DNA from: Octopus sinensis
Lineage: Eukaryota
DNA: 64,000 nucleotides
Assembly (NCBI RefSeq): GCF_006345805.1
Contig: NC_042998.1
Location: forward strand, 197,718,001 to 197,782,000
Direction: 5' to 3'
Shown here: piece by piece, positions 24,555 through 37,860 of the stretch
Layout of the letters: every line of letters begins with the position of its first letter
Position numbering within the stretch: position 1 is the first letter of the stretch
Notes under the pieces: generated by a model
What the model saw: the letters and a program-made list of their open reading frames with translations, nothing else
Databases searched by the model: none
Told to the model about the DNA's origin: nothing
Position numbers and translations under genes: made by a program

Positions 24555-26029
24555 GTCTATCTGTCTGTCTGTTTGTCTGTCTGACTGTCTCGTGCAATGT
24601 ATATACTGTAAACAAATATATTTATTCTTTTGTTTTCTACCACAATTTCTTTTTTTTTCTTTTTTCAATACTTGAAGCCAACCGTTTCTTCTCTTGAGAG
24701 TTTGGTGAAATTTTAAATGAGACAGAATGTTGTAGACTAACTTGACATAACCTACATTCACTGTGAAATTGAGCTGGTCGTGTTTTAAGAATGTTGGATA
24801 TGATTTCTTCTGGTATTTGTTCCAGGTCTCAGCCCTCTGAGTTGAAACCCTATCTAACTTGAACTTTGCCTTTCATGTTTTCAGAGCCACTGAATAAAAT
24901 ACTAATGCAGTATTAAGGTTGATTCTTCTTATGTGGAGGCGCAATGGCCCAGTGGTTAGGGCAGCGGACTCGCGGTCGTAGGATCGCGGTTTCGATTCCC
25001 AGACCGGGCGTTGTGAGTGTTTATTGAGCGAAAACACCTAAAAGCTCCACGAGGCTCCGGCAGGGGATGGTGGTGATCCTTGCTGTACTCTTTCACCACA
25101 ACTTTCTCTCACTCTTACTTCCTGTTTCTGTTGTACCTGTATTTCAAGGGGCCGGCCTTGTCACTCTCTGTGTCACGCTGAATATCCCCGAGAACTACGT
25201 TAAGGGTACACGTGTCTGTGGAGTGCTCAGCCACTTACACGTTAATTTCACGAGCAGGCTGTTCCGTTGGTCGGATCAACCGGAATCCTCATCGTCGTAA
25301 CCGACGGAGTGCTTCCACACACATAGTTAAGTCTCATTCCTCTCCTTGGTTCTTTGCCTTGTTATGCCTCTGCTATTACTCATAAGAACCACTTTCTCCA
25401 TCTTTATTGTCGAAACAGCTGTTCGGAAAATAATGTCCTTCCTCATTGGTTATAATAAAAAAAAATTACTAATCGCTGTAAGAAGGTCCTTGCAGACACT
25501 AAAACTCAGCCTATGAAGGGGATCAAGTTGTAATTTGCTTCTCTGGAACTGGATTCTCGTCACTTCTTACGTATTGAATAATGGTAAATATTGACTTCTA
25601 ATAATAAATCAGGATTTCTCCTTCAGTTCTTTTCTAATTATTCTAGTCTCGTTGTAATGTCCTTTTATTTGACTGGCGTAAAACCTCTAATTCTGCGACG
25701 ATGGTAATTTCTGGTAATTTTATGGCTTCCGGGCTTGATAATATTTCTTTTATAGTTTTGTAAAAGTGCTCTTCTGAACTGTCTTTTGTTCTGTCTACAC
25801 CCTTCAACAAATGCTGAGCTACGCCTTCTTTGAAGTCTATTGGAAATCGACCTTTAGTATTCCTGTTTCCAAACAACACAAGCTAACGTTCTGATTATCG
25901 TGCCTACCACATAACTAGTCTTTCTCCTGTATGTTAGCAAGGTCTTTCAGTGTTTGATCCATCAGGCTCTTGCCTTGTACTCTGAATAACTCAGTCTGCT
26001 GTTGAGAAACAGCAACGTTTTCATATCTC

Positions 26030-26250
26030 ACCTTCATTGGCTGATTTTCCGATTGCGATAAGCAAACAGTTCTGCTTCGATTTACATAATTCTGGAGAAG
26101 TGAATATTGTCGCCTTTGACATATCGAAAATATTTGACAGAGTTTGGCATATTTGTATCCTCCTCAAGCTTAAGTCATGTGGAATTGTTAAATCTCTTGA
26201 AATTTTTTTTGATGAATGTAGAATCATAGTGACTTTAAATGGCCCTTAAT
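26030..26250 (+). mobile_element. CR1/L2/Jockey-like RT fragment
   Basis: IVAFDISKIFDRVWH..LLKLKSCGI, matching the LDISKAFDRVWH motif. Confidence 0.65.
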
Positions 26251-27088
26251 TGTTTACTTATACGGTATTCCCGAAACATACATCTTAACATATTTGAGTA
26301 AATATTGCGTTGTAACGATACGCAACGAAATAAGTCAAGTAACGTTTCAAAACAGTTCCCGAAAAAGACAAACACCGCTCAATATGTACGTTTAAATACA
26401 ATTGTAGAATTATAAACAACCCAAAAAGAAAGATTACCCAAGCTGTGAACAACTTTAAATTTCATTTTGACAAATCTTTGTCGAATCTTTTAAAGAAGAT
26501 CATTGTCTAATTTGAAAAACGAATACAAATATCTGTGAATTGACAAAATCATCATGTCTAAACGCATGTCTCCTTCGACCCAATCGTGACTCCAATCATT
26601 GTATACAATGGACTTACGATCTCAAGTGCTTTTATGAAATACATATCCAATTTGACCCTAGAAGTTCGGTTTCATGCAAAGGCTAAAACATTTGTGGAAC
26701 TCAAGATTAGATTTTCCTACAAACATTTAAATGAACAAGCAAAACGTATCATCAGATGTAAATTGATACATCTAACGCAGGGATCTCCAACTCAAATGAC
26801 TCGAGGGCCACACCTCATGCCGGTGGGAGTCTTAAAGGGCCACAAAATTCTTTCTGCGTGTGCCTGGAACTCTTTCAAAGAAAAGCTATATCTGATGCTG
26901 TTTCCCGTTATTTCCATAATAATAGATTAAAAATCAAGACGCCAGAATTCGATTCTCAACCAAAGGCAGGATATTTATTTCTCAACAACTGATGTCAATG
27001 AGGGTTGACATATTTATGGCATATAATACATATAATACATACATACATATATACATACATATATATATATATGTATATATATATATAT

Positions 27089-27147
<59 letters not shown>

Positions 27148-28129
27148 ATATATAAAGAATGTACTCTCTTTGAATTGTCTGTCAAATTCCCTCGGTAGTT
27201 TGTTGATAAATTCCACACACTCCTGTAATGCATCACAGTCCACTGAATTCAACGTTTTCAGCGATGGAAACAGTCAAAGCTTTTTTAGTAGTAATTGTTT
27301 CTCGCACAGACTTAGTCTCATTTTGAAAGCAGTGATGTTGTTACTCATTTGCATAATCATGTTTGACTCTCCTTGCAGTTTCAAATTGAGTGTATTCAGG
27401 AAAGCCAAACATGTACAAAAATCATCAGCCAATTCTGGAACATCTGTTTGTTTCGTAGCATGAACACACCTACTTCTTCGCCTAAGCGCAAAGAATCTCT
27501 CCAAAACATTATCCCGAATTAGCCAGTGTGCCCCAGAGTGATAAAGCACTATGCATTTGCTCCAGGAAGGTCTTGAATTGGCGATGATTCAAACTGCGTG
27601 CTCTGATGGTATTTACGATTCTGACCACGACATCCATGATATTTCATCGCTTCACTGCTTTTCCACCGAGGGGCTCTTGATGAATCGGGCAATGAACAGG
27701 AACAATAGGTTAACGACCAAGTTCAGTTTGCTTTGCATTAACTAAACCAATCACGCTGCCACAGTTTTCAGAACACAACGCAGGTGCTCCATCAATTGCT
27801 ACGGACACAAGCTTCTTCCATTTAAAACTAGCACCTTCAACGGAACTTTCCAACGCTTTAAAAACATCTCTTCTTGTTGTTGTGTCTTTCAGAGGGATTA
27901 AGTCAAAAGGTTCTTCGGTCTCTTTGAGGTCTTTGTCAATGCCACGAACGAAAATTGCACAAACTGCAGCGTCACACATACTAGTACTCTCATCAAGTGC
28001 AAGGGAGAACGTATCAAAATTTTGAGATAATGAAATTAACTGCTTCTCCACACTGGGTAACATTTCTGTAATTCGTCGAGCTACTGTGTTAGCAGAAAGA
28101 CTAATTTCAGAAAAAAGATTTTTACTTTT

Positions 28130-28433
28130 GATCGTGTGCTGGAACGAAAACAATTGCAGCGTGGAAGGTGTTTATAAGCCATTTAAGAAACACACAAAAA
28201 CCATTAGATTCACTTCAACATTTAAATTTAATTTGTCAAAATATTTTCGTCGCTTTGAGATCGCGACCTGTTCACTGACAAAACTTCTGCTGCATCACAG
28301 TTTTGTCAGTGAACAGGTCGCGGTCTCAAAGCGACGAAAATATTTTGACAAATTAAATTTAAATGTTGAAGTGAATCTAACGGTTTTTGTGTGTTTCTTA
28401 AATGGCTTACAAACACCTTCCACGCTGCAATTG
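28130..28433. mobile_element. Fold-back element (~140-bp inverted arms), probably Penelope-derived
   Basis: Near-perfect palindrome with an 11-bp TSD TTTTTACTTTT. Removing it restores the hAT frame CPEKSKNLFSEIS. Confidence 0.85.
28302..28352 (+). ncRNA. Candidate minimal type I hammerhead ribozyme with G3-C8 core (other intact copies at 28232-28282 -, 35470-35520 +, 51289-51339 -)
   Basis: UUUGUCA / GUGAACA / G / GUCGC-loop-GCGAC / GAAA / AUAU / U U / UGACAAA: 7-bp stem I, 5-bp stem II and palindromic stem III. Activity is untested. Confidence 0.6.
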
Positions 28434-29071
28434 TTTTTACTTTTTCTGGACAGACAATTTGGGCAACGTTCACCAAACAGTCTTTCACGAATTGACCTTC
28501 AGTAAATGGGTGGGATGTCTTTGTAATAATTTGACTGACTACAAAGCTGGCTTTTACAACATCTTTTGACGATTTGTGCACTTTGTTGAAAACATGTCTC
28601 TGTTGTGATAGAGATGACTTCAGTTAACGAAGTTTATCATGTCTTAATTTGCCTTCGAACTTCTCAAAGTCTTTATGCTGTGAACTATATCGCCGCTTGA
28701 TATTGTACTCTTTGGGAATGGCAATTGTCTGCGCAGGCAAGTAAGACATGAATCTGGCATTTCCCACTTGCACGTGCTTGATTCTGGATCACAAAGTAGC
28801 TGTCTTCCCAACGTTCTTGGAATGTCCCTATTTTCATCCGATATTTTCCGTTTTTTTTTCTTCAGAAGCCATCTTGATGGAGAGTGATTTTACTCAGCAT
28901 CTTTTCGTTTTATTATCACACATAAGTCGGAGGGCCTCCAATTCTAACTGAAAAGAAATGAGAGAGGAATCCGGATTAGAAACTTGTTAAACAACAATTA
29001 GTATAAATTATATACATATACATACATGCATGTGTATATACATATACATACATGCATATATATATATATAT

Positions 29072-29124
<53 letters not shown>

Positions 29125-29128
29125 ATAT

Positions 29129-29197
<69 letters not shown>

Positions 29198-29220
29198 ATA
29201 CATACATATATATATATATA

Positions 29221-29256
<36 letters not shown>

Positions 29257-29266
29257 ACACACACAC

Positions 29267-29343
<77 letters not shown>

Positions 29344-29364
29344 ATATACATACACATATACAGG

Positions 29365-30170
29365 CCCGCAGCCAGAGGAAAAGATTCAGGAGTGGGGGGA
29401 ACAACAAACATATTACCCACAACACCTTTGCAGTGCCTGTCCTCACACCTACGTTTGGCCTTCTGAACTGGTCAGTTCAAGAACTCAATGAGATAGATGT
29501 TCTTCGAACTCGCAAGCTGCTCAGTGTTACAGGAAATTTCAACATCAATGTAGATGTAGACAGACTATAATTCTTACGTGAGGATGCTGGTGGTCGTCTC
29601 AAAATCTGTATTCATGTCATATGAGGCACGTATTGTGACACTGAAACAACATCTGCAGCAGGCAAAAGAGGTCAGTAAATATCTTGCTCAACGATCTGGA
29701 ACAGAAGAACAAAATAGAAAACATCTGCAGACGAAGTTGATTATATTGAGATCGATAGGTCAAAGGAATATTGATGGAACTTAACAATGAAAACAACCGA
29801 CATGTAAAATACACAGCCGGCCAAATATTGTTGTGTGGGATCAGGAGAAGAAATGTTCTGTTGTGGAAATCAATTGCCCTCTGGACACCAATGTGGTTCG
29901 AAAACTACAAGGAAAGAGGACGTCTAAGGACCATTGATAAGGAATTTGCTAAAACCCGTAATCAAGGTAGACTTTCAGCTTCATACCTGTCATTAGTGGA
30001 GCAACAGGATACATACCGACCAGTCTGGAGTAAAGTATGGCTGATTCTGGGATCTTGGGGAGAGAATGAACATCCTTAATTCATACACTACAAATGATCG
30101 CGATATCAGGGACTGTAACAGTCTGCAAGACCTACTTAAGATTTAAAGTATGATGGTTAGAATAATAAGC
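29365..30170 (+). mobile_element. Degenerate R4/Dong-like (RLE) non-LTR fragment
   Basis: [40 protein letters not shown]...DVDRL, then a frameshifted IPVISGATGYIP C-terminal motif. Confidence 0.7.
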
Positions 30171-30318
30171 TTTCCTTCACAACCCTGCTCCCCCCCTAGG
30201 TGGTCTATCAAAATTTATTCTAAATCGAAAAGAGAAAAAGAAGAATAGAATAATGCGTACATATTGCCTTAATACTTCGAGAGTGATTTTTTTTCAAGAA
30301 CATCAACATCACCCACCC

Positions 30319-31345
30319 ACATACATACATACATACATACATACATACATACATACATACATACATACATACATACATACATACAAACATACATACATGC
30401 ATGCATGCATGCATACATACATACATACAAACATACATACATACATACATATATACATACGTACATACAAATATACATACATGCATGCATGCATGCATAC
30501 ATACATACATACATACATACATACAACATAGGTGCATACATACATGCATGCTTGCATGCATACATACATACATACATACAAACATACATACATACATACA
30601 TACATACGTACATACAAATATACATACATGCATGCATGCATGCATACATACATACATACATACATACATACATACATAGGTGCATACATACATACATACA
30701 TACATACATACATACATACATACATACATGCATACACACACGCATACATACATACATACATACATACTACATACATACATACATACATACATGCATACAT
30801 GCATACATACATACACACATACATACATACATATATACATACATACATACATACATACATACATACAAACATACATACATACATACATACATACATACAT
30901 ACATACATACGTACATACAAATATACATACATGCATGCTTGCATGCATACATACATACATACATACAAACATACATACATACATACATACATACATACGT
31001 ACATACAAATATACATACATGCATGCATGCATGCATACATACATACATACATACATACATACATACATACATACATAGGTGCATACATACATACATACAT
31101 ACATACATACATACATACATACATACATACATACATACATACATAGGTGCATACATACATACATACATACATACATACATACATACATACATACATACAT
31201 ACATACATACATACACACATACATACGTGCATACATACATACATACATACATACATACATACAAACATACATACATACATACATACAAACATACATACAT
31301 ACATACATACATACACACACATATACATACATACATACATACAAA
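30319..31345. repeat. (CATA)n microsatellite, ~1 kb, with higher-order duplications; shorter arrays at 8110-8365 and 18655-18750
   Basis: Direct inspection. Variant motifs recur 148 bp apart (30460/30608 and 30529/30677). Confidence 0.98.
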
Positions 31346-34100
31346 CAAAAATACCCTGTTGTTGATGTTGAAATTCCAAGCCTTGAATCTAAGTTAGAAA
31401 CCAATTCTTTTTCTATTGGCAAGAAATCTTGAAATAAAACTGAACAATGGCATACATACAAAGAGTTTTGGTGGAATGTCTTAGTGAAAACCTCAAAAAC
31501 TGTAAAACCTAATAGAGCAGACATATTAATTTGGGACTGAGAAATGAGAAAACATCTGTGAAATCTAGATAGAGTAACTGCAAATTTCTCAACAGTTCAG
31601 AGTAGGTAATCTCTTTTTCACTGATCTTCAGCTTTATGTTAACATCCGCTGGGCAGCTAATTTATACAACTGTACATAGTTTCTCTTCTCTATCTCAAAC
31701 CATTATATCAGGTCTGTTGTGCTTGATTTGGGACTGAGAAATGAGAAAACATCCGTGTTGAGCCACTGATAAATTTACTGCGACTCTAGTCGGATTACCA
31801 GTTCAGGTTTAAACCCGTAATTATTAGGAGATATTTGGATATATGACAAACTGCCTCAGCTCTAAACTTCAGGAATTAGGCTTATCAAAACCAGGAGGGA
31901 AAAAATGCTAATTAGATTACTGATACGAGCCATCAATGGAACTGTCAAAATATGTAAAACTTTACAGAAGTTTAGCATTTAAGTACACATACGCATGTCT
32001 AAACATACAACTGTATGGATGGGAGTACATATATAAAACAAAACATGCAAATGAGGCGCAGGAGTGGCTGTGTGGTAAGTAGCTTGCTAACCAACCACAT
32101 GGTTCCGGGTTTAGTCCCACTGCGTGGCATCTTGGGCAAGTGTCTTCTGCTATAGCCCCGAGCCGATCAATGCCTTCAGTGGATTTGGTAGACGGAAACT
32201 GAAAGAATCCTGTCGTATATATGTATATATATATATGTATTATGTATGTATGTGTGTGTTTGTGTGTCTGTATTTGTCCCCCTAGCATTGCTTGACAACC
32301 GATGGTGGTGTGTTTACGTCCCCGTCACTTAGCGGTTCGGCAAAAGACACCGATAGAATAAGTACTGGGCTTACAAAAGAATAAGTCCCGGGGTCGATTT
32401 GCTCGACTTAAGGCGGTGCTCCAGCATGGCCACAGTCAAATGACTGAAACAAGTACAAGAGAACAAGAGTAAATCTGTCCAGTCACTGATTTCAAATATT
32501 TCATACATACACCGCAAGCATGCACAGATACCTTATTGACGTTTAAAATTCCAATGAAGGCGCCTAGGATCTAGGTTAGAAACCGGCTCTTTCTCTATAG
32601 GCAAGAAATATAGATGTGAAACTGAATAATTACATACATATTGGGTTTCGATGATTCAGCGCTAAAGAGGTCGGGCGTTGCCATAGTAAGAGCTTATGCG
32701 TACAACGAAATAAAAATCATCTCTGAGAGGCTGGTGTTGTAAGGACTGGAGATTAGTCAGTTGATGTAAAATTAGACTGAGACGTGGCAATTGGTAGTTC
32801 ATATATCGTAAATATATACTTCCACTTTCTTTTTTGTGCCAATATTGCGTTTTTCGTGTCAATACTTGATACGACATTTTCTCTTGAGAAATTAATGAAA
32901 AATTCCAGTGAAATCATAGAATGTTCTGGATTAATTTAATAGAGCTTATAAAATCTGTAAACAATATGGCAGCGGTCGGTGGAGTTTAGAACGTCGGAAA
33001 GTATTTTTTGGGGGTATTTGTTTTGGCTGTCTGTACTTTTAGTTTTAATCCAATTCAAGTCAATTTGTCTTTTGACTTTCATTAGGTTCTTCTAATTCTT
33101 ACAGTGGTTAGGGCAGCGGACTCGCGGTCATAGGATCGCGGTTTCGATTCCCAGACCGGGCGTTGTGAGTGTTTATTGAGCGAAAACACCTAAAGCTCCA
33201 CGAGGCTCCGGCAGTGGATGGTGGTGATCCCTGCTGTACTCTTTCACCACAACTTTCTCTCACTCTTACTTCCTGTTTCTGTTGTACCTGTATTTCAAAG
33301 GACCGGCCTTGTCACTCTCTGTGTCACGCTGAATATCCCCGAGAACTACGTTAAGGGTACACGTGTCTGTGGAGTGCTCAGCCACTTACATGTTAATTTC
33401 ACGAGCAGGCTGTTCCGTTGATTCGGATCAAACGGAACCCTCGTCGTCGTAACCGATGGAGTGCTTCCACTGTATCGCTCTTCGTCATTATTTCTCGAAG
33501 AAATAAGGCGGACTGCTAGCACAATCATTAACATCCCGGATAAAATGTTTGGCTGCATTTCTTCCGGCTTTGCGTTCTGGTTTCAAATTCCGCTGAGGTT
33601 GACGTTGCCTTTCATTCGACGTAATAGACTTATCCCCTCCTAAAATTGCTGAACTTCTGCCAAAGATTGAAATCATCATTACTGGAAGAAATCGACTGTG
33701 TGTGTGTGTGTGTGTACATACACACAAGAGTTAAGGAATGGAGTAGATAAAATCCGGGCTACATATGTTTCGTAGCGAGTGGAACCTCGGAAGTGGTCAA
33801 TATCCAAGCGAGGTGTATACCGCAGGCTACACATCTGGCCAAGGGTATTTTGATTAAATGAAAGTTTACATTGTCGCAAAGAGGTACTTGTTAACATATG
33901 GAAGATTCGATCAGTGTGTTTGCCTACCGTGAAATATAAAAAGAATTTTTTTCATCTTATCGTACTTCGATACAAAAAAGAAAATCCAAAATCTTTCGCC
34001 TCAGTAAACCACTATTGTTCCTCTAGGTTGTCTTTTATATTTATTACGGATTGCTTGAGGCTAACTTTCTCCCTACATCTCGATCCTTTCTTCCTACACC

Positions 34101-34145
<45 letters not shown>

Positions 34146-34394
34146 CGAAGACATGACACGATGTAGGTAAAGAAATTTGAGAAATTTGAAAAGAAAATAC
34201 GGAACCGGTTATTCCTCCAAAACCTATGTTACTATACACAAACTTTTATAACATTTTCCAACATAAGGACTTAAATATATTCTTTAACCTTATAACACAA
34301 GCCTTCTGTAATTTTTCACTCTTTTTTATTTTTTATATATCATATAACTTAGATCATGTATTAGCGCTTTCTCCCATTCTTGTGGGGTTTTCAA

Positions 34395-34464
<70 letters not shown>

Positions 34465-35069
34465 TGGCGTACAGTGACCTTTCCAACTGGTCATATAAAT
34501 ACTTACTAGTTGAGCCAAATCACTTTTGAAATTATTTCATTAAGAGAAACCATTTTGTTTCATATTATGGGTGTAAGGATCGCTGTTCATTACATCTAAA
34601 ATTTTAGAAAACGATGTGCAAAAAATAATTATTTACTTAGCTCATTAATAAATTAATTTAATTCTTCGATCTTTGAAGGCAAATATATTTATTACATTTT
34701 CATAGAAGTCTTCTGTTTTAATGAGTCGTTGGAGTAAATCTTTTTCAACCAATATAGGACTAACTCTGAAATACTTCTCTCCTTTTGCATTCCTTCATTA
34801 TTATCTTCAACGCAGAAAAGGACTGCTCTAGGGAGGCATTTGGAGAAGGAATTGTAAAAGAATCAAATTGCAATGATTGAAGAATTTTGGCAATTGTACG
34901 AATAAGATCATTGAAGTAAATATAAAACTATAAATTACGAGCACTTTGAGTTTTGAAATTTTCCACTAAATACATAACCTTTAGTTCGCTCCATAAACGA
35001 ATTATGTAAAAAGAAAAATCACAAGTCTAGTAGTTAGGATTACTGGTTTTCACCCGGGACTCCTGTCTA

Positions 35070-36020
35070 CGAGACTTACGAATTTAGAGCATGAGCGCAA
35101 CAGTTATTAAAAATCCCATATTCATATGTCTCTCTTAGCTTAGACTGCAACCCATTTCATTGTCTTGCCATTCTAACGGCACCGTTATACGTTTGTGCAA
35201 TTGCTTTGCTTTCACTCTTTCTCGTTTCAATTACATTTTAAAATATGTTCAGATAACGCATTTGCTGAACGATCTACACTAACATCGTTAAAACAGATAA
35301 ATCGTTCTTTAGTAACAATCCTTTATAACAATTGCAGCGTGGAAGGTGTTTATAAGTCATTTAAGAAACACACAAAAACCGTTCGATTCACTTCAATATT
35401 TAAATTTAATTTGCCAAAATATTTTCGTCGCTTTGAGACCGCGACCTGTTCACTGATGCAGCGCAAAGTTTTGTCAGTGAACAGGTCGCGGTCTCAAAGC
35501 GACGAAAATATTTTGGCAAATTAAATTTAAATATTGAAGTGAATCGAACGGTTTTTGTGTGTTTCTTAAATGACTTATAATTATAAACACCTTCCACGCT
35601 GCAATTGTTTTCGTTCCAGCACACGATCTCAGATCAGGTCACTCGGTATGCAAGTACATCTCCGTAAATCTTTTATAACATAACGCAAAACGGTTGACAA
35701 CCGTGAATAGTTCGACACAACGGCCGTTTCATCTACAAGAAAAGCTACATACTTAGCCTCCCTAAGTTCATTTTCTATTAAATTCGATATAACCTTATGA
35801 ATAGCATCGACCAAGTCATTTTGAATTCTGTTTTGACAGACCCAAGAAAGCGGAAGCTGTATCTAGATGGCTTGCCAATTCTTCATCATACTCCCTGACT
35901 GAATGTAAAAGATAAAAGTTCTTTATAATTCCTGTGATTATTGGATTCTTTGGAATAAAAATGATCCCGAAATTATAATAACCTAAAAAAATAACAGAAT
36001 CACTCAATCGTCGCAGAATA
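35070..36020 (-). mobile_element. Degenerate hAT transposase fragment (ZMYM1-like group), split by a fold-back element
   Basis: EYDEELASHLDTAS, ELREAKYVAFLVDET...RLSTVLRYV, KERFICFNDVS, AQTYNGA, NNCCAHALN. Confidence 0.75.
35329..35665. mobile_element. Fold-back element with a 60-nt asymmetric tail
   Basis: Same family. TSD AATC(C/T)TTTATAA (12 nt, 1 mismatch). Confidence 0.85.
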
Positions 36021-37539
36021 GTCATTTAACCTTTTATTATGCTGCTGCATACTCTGCCTTCTGTGTGTGTCTAACTGTATGTCTATACGAAAAAAACCCT
36101 AATTTTTTCCCAAATCTGTCGTGAGTTCTATGTCTTTGAGAACTTTCATGCTATAATATGGTCGTATGTAGATTATTCAAATCACCGTACACCTTTATTA
36201 CCCCAAACAGTTTTTTTTTAAAACTAAATAACAAGCATGGCCCGCAGAATAACTTATTTAGTTTAGCATTTTCAGTCAAATATATTTTTTCTTACAGATT
36301 AATTGTCTAATACATTTTTTTGTTGGAACTACGCCATTTTAGATGATTTCGGTGTTAGTCTGGCATCATTTATAATTGCTTTCCTTCAAAGTCTTCTTTT
36401 GAGTAACTATTTCCAAAGTTCTACAATATTTCGTAAGTTCTAAGGCCGCATCTGGCAGAAACGTTAACACGCCGGGCGAAATGCTTAGCGGTATTTCGTC
36501 TGCCGTTACATTCTGAGTTCAAATTGCGCCGAGGTCGACTTTGCCTTTCATCCTTTCGGGGTCGATAAATTAAGTACCAGTTACGCACTGGGGTCGATGT
36601 AATCGATTTAATCCCTTTGTCTGTCCTTGTTTGTCCTCTCTGTGTTTAGCCCCTTGTGGGTAGTAAAGAAGTAGGTATTTCGTCTGCCGTTACATTCTGA
36701 GTTCAAATTCCGCTGAGGTCGACTTTGCCTTTCATCCTTTCGAAGTTTATAAATTAAGTACCAGTTGCGTATTGGGGGCGATCTAATCGACTGGTCCCCA
36801 AAATTTCGGGCCTTGTGCCTAGAGTAGAAAAGAATATTTCGTAAGTTCTGTAGCAAGACTATTATCATAAATTGCTTGTTTGGGCTTAAATACTCGGGAA
36901 TCGGTACATTCTGCATGTTCTTAACAATTGGTCACATAAACCGGTCATGCGATGATGTAATACTTGACCGAGTCCATTTCTTGGATCAGTTTATTTTTAC
37001 CCAATAGACCAACCAGCGCAGCAAGATCAAATGCTGGTGTGTATGGTAAGAGAGCCAGCCAGCAGAAATGAGGTAGTAGACAGAAGATGAGCATGGCCTC
37101 TATTCATCAAACTCCTTCTTTCATTGCTTAATTGTATGTGTTTGAGACCTCTAGTAAAGTTATTTAAAGTTGCAGCCTTGTTATATGACTTCATTGTACC
37201 GTGTTCTGTCATCAAATGGGATCTTTGTGCTTCGACCGGCAGATTTTAAAAATAATTTCTTTGTAACTAAACACTTTTAAACTTCGTATACTGGTAGAAT
37301 GTGTTACATAAAACATCTTTTACTCTGACTGGCCCTCATGCCGGTGACACGTAAAAGCACCCACTACACACTCGGAGTGGTTTGTGTTAGGAAGGGCATC
37401 CAGCTGTAGAAACTTTGGCAGATCATATTGGAGCCTGGTGTGGCCGTCTGGTTTGCCAGTCCTCAGTCAAATCGTCCAACCCATGCAAGCATGGAAAGTG
37501 GACGTTAAACGACGATGATGATGATGATGATATTTTACA

Positions 37540-37860
37540 TATGTTGGAATTGTTAGAAAGGAAGTGGTTGTAAGAAGTTTGATTTATCTGGTAGAGATTG
37601 CTTGTTTTATCTGATTTTACAGACACATTTATGCTGGTAATGATGGGATCGATTTTCTGCTTCAGTTCCTCCTGCAGTCTGTTAATTTGCATGTTAAATT
37701 TTATTCCCTTGATTGCAGCAAATATTTTATTTTCAAAAGGTTGAGGTAATGGATTAGGTGCTGGACATTTGATTAGATAGTTGGTGGTTTGTTTATTCTT
37801 TTGGTCTTTTTCATAGCAGTAAATTTTCCTTTGAATATACTTGCCTTGTACTCTCATTGT
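37540..37860 (-). mobile_element. Penelope-like ORF N-terminal fragment
   Basis: PFENKIFAAIKGIKF...VKSDKTSNLYQI..YNHFL, recalled as typical of PLE ORFs upstream of RT. Confidence 0.5.

Larger units (their letters stand above)
26778..28880 (-). mobile_element. Degenerate hAT (Buster/Charlie/SPIN, GTF2IRD2-like) transposase element
   Basis: MASEEKKRKI...KEYNIKRRY, KASFVVSQIITKTSHPFTEGQFVKDCL, FSLALDESTS, LVSVAIDGAPA, LNLKLQG. hAT-type terminus CAGGGATCTCCAAC at 26778. Stops, frameshifts and two insertions. Confidence 0.85.

Noticed and set aside
24933-25005. tRNA-Arg-like sequence as a functional tRNA gene
   Set aside because: It is the head of a multi-copy SINE and continues into the SINE body. 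The cloverleaf is imperfect.
30220-31524. 434-aa and overlapping long ORFs (also 15731-16776, 8010-8619, 28998-29570)
   Set aside because: These are translations of (CATA)n, (CCAT)n, (TA)n and (CA)n microsatellites that lack stop codons. There is no protein-like content.
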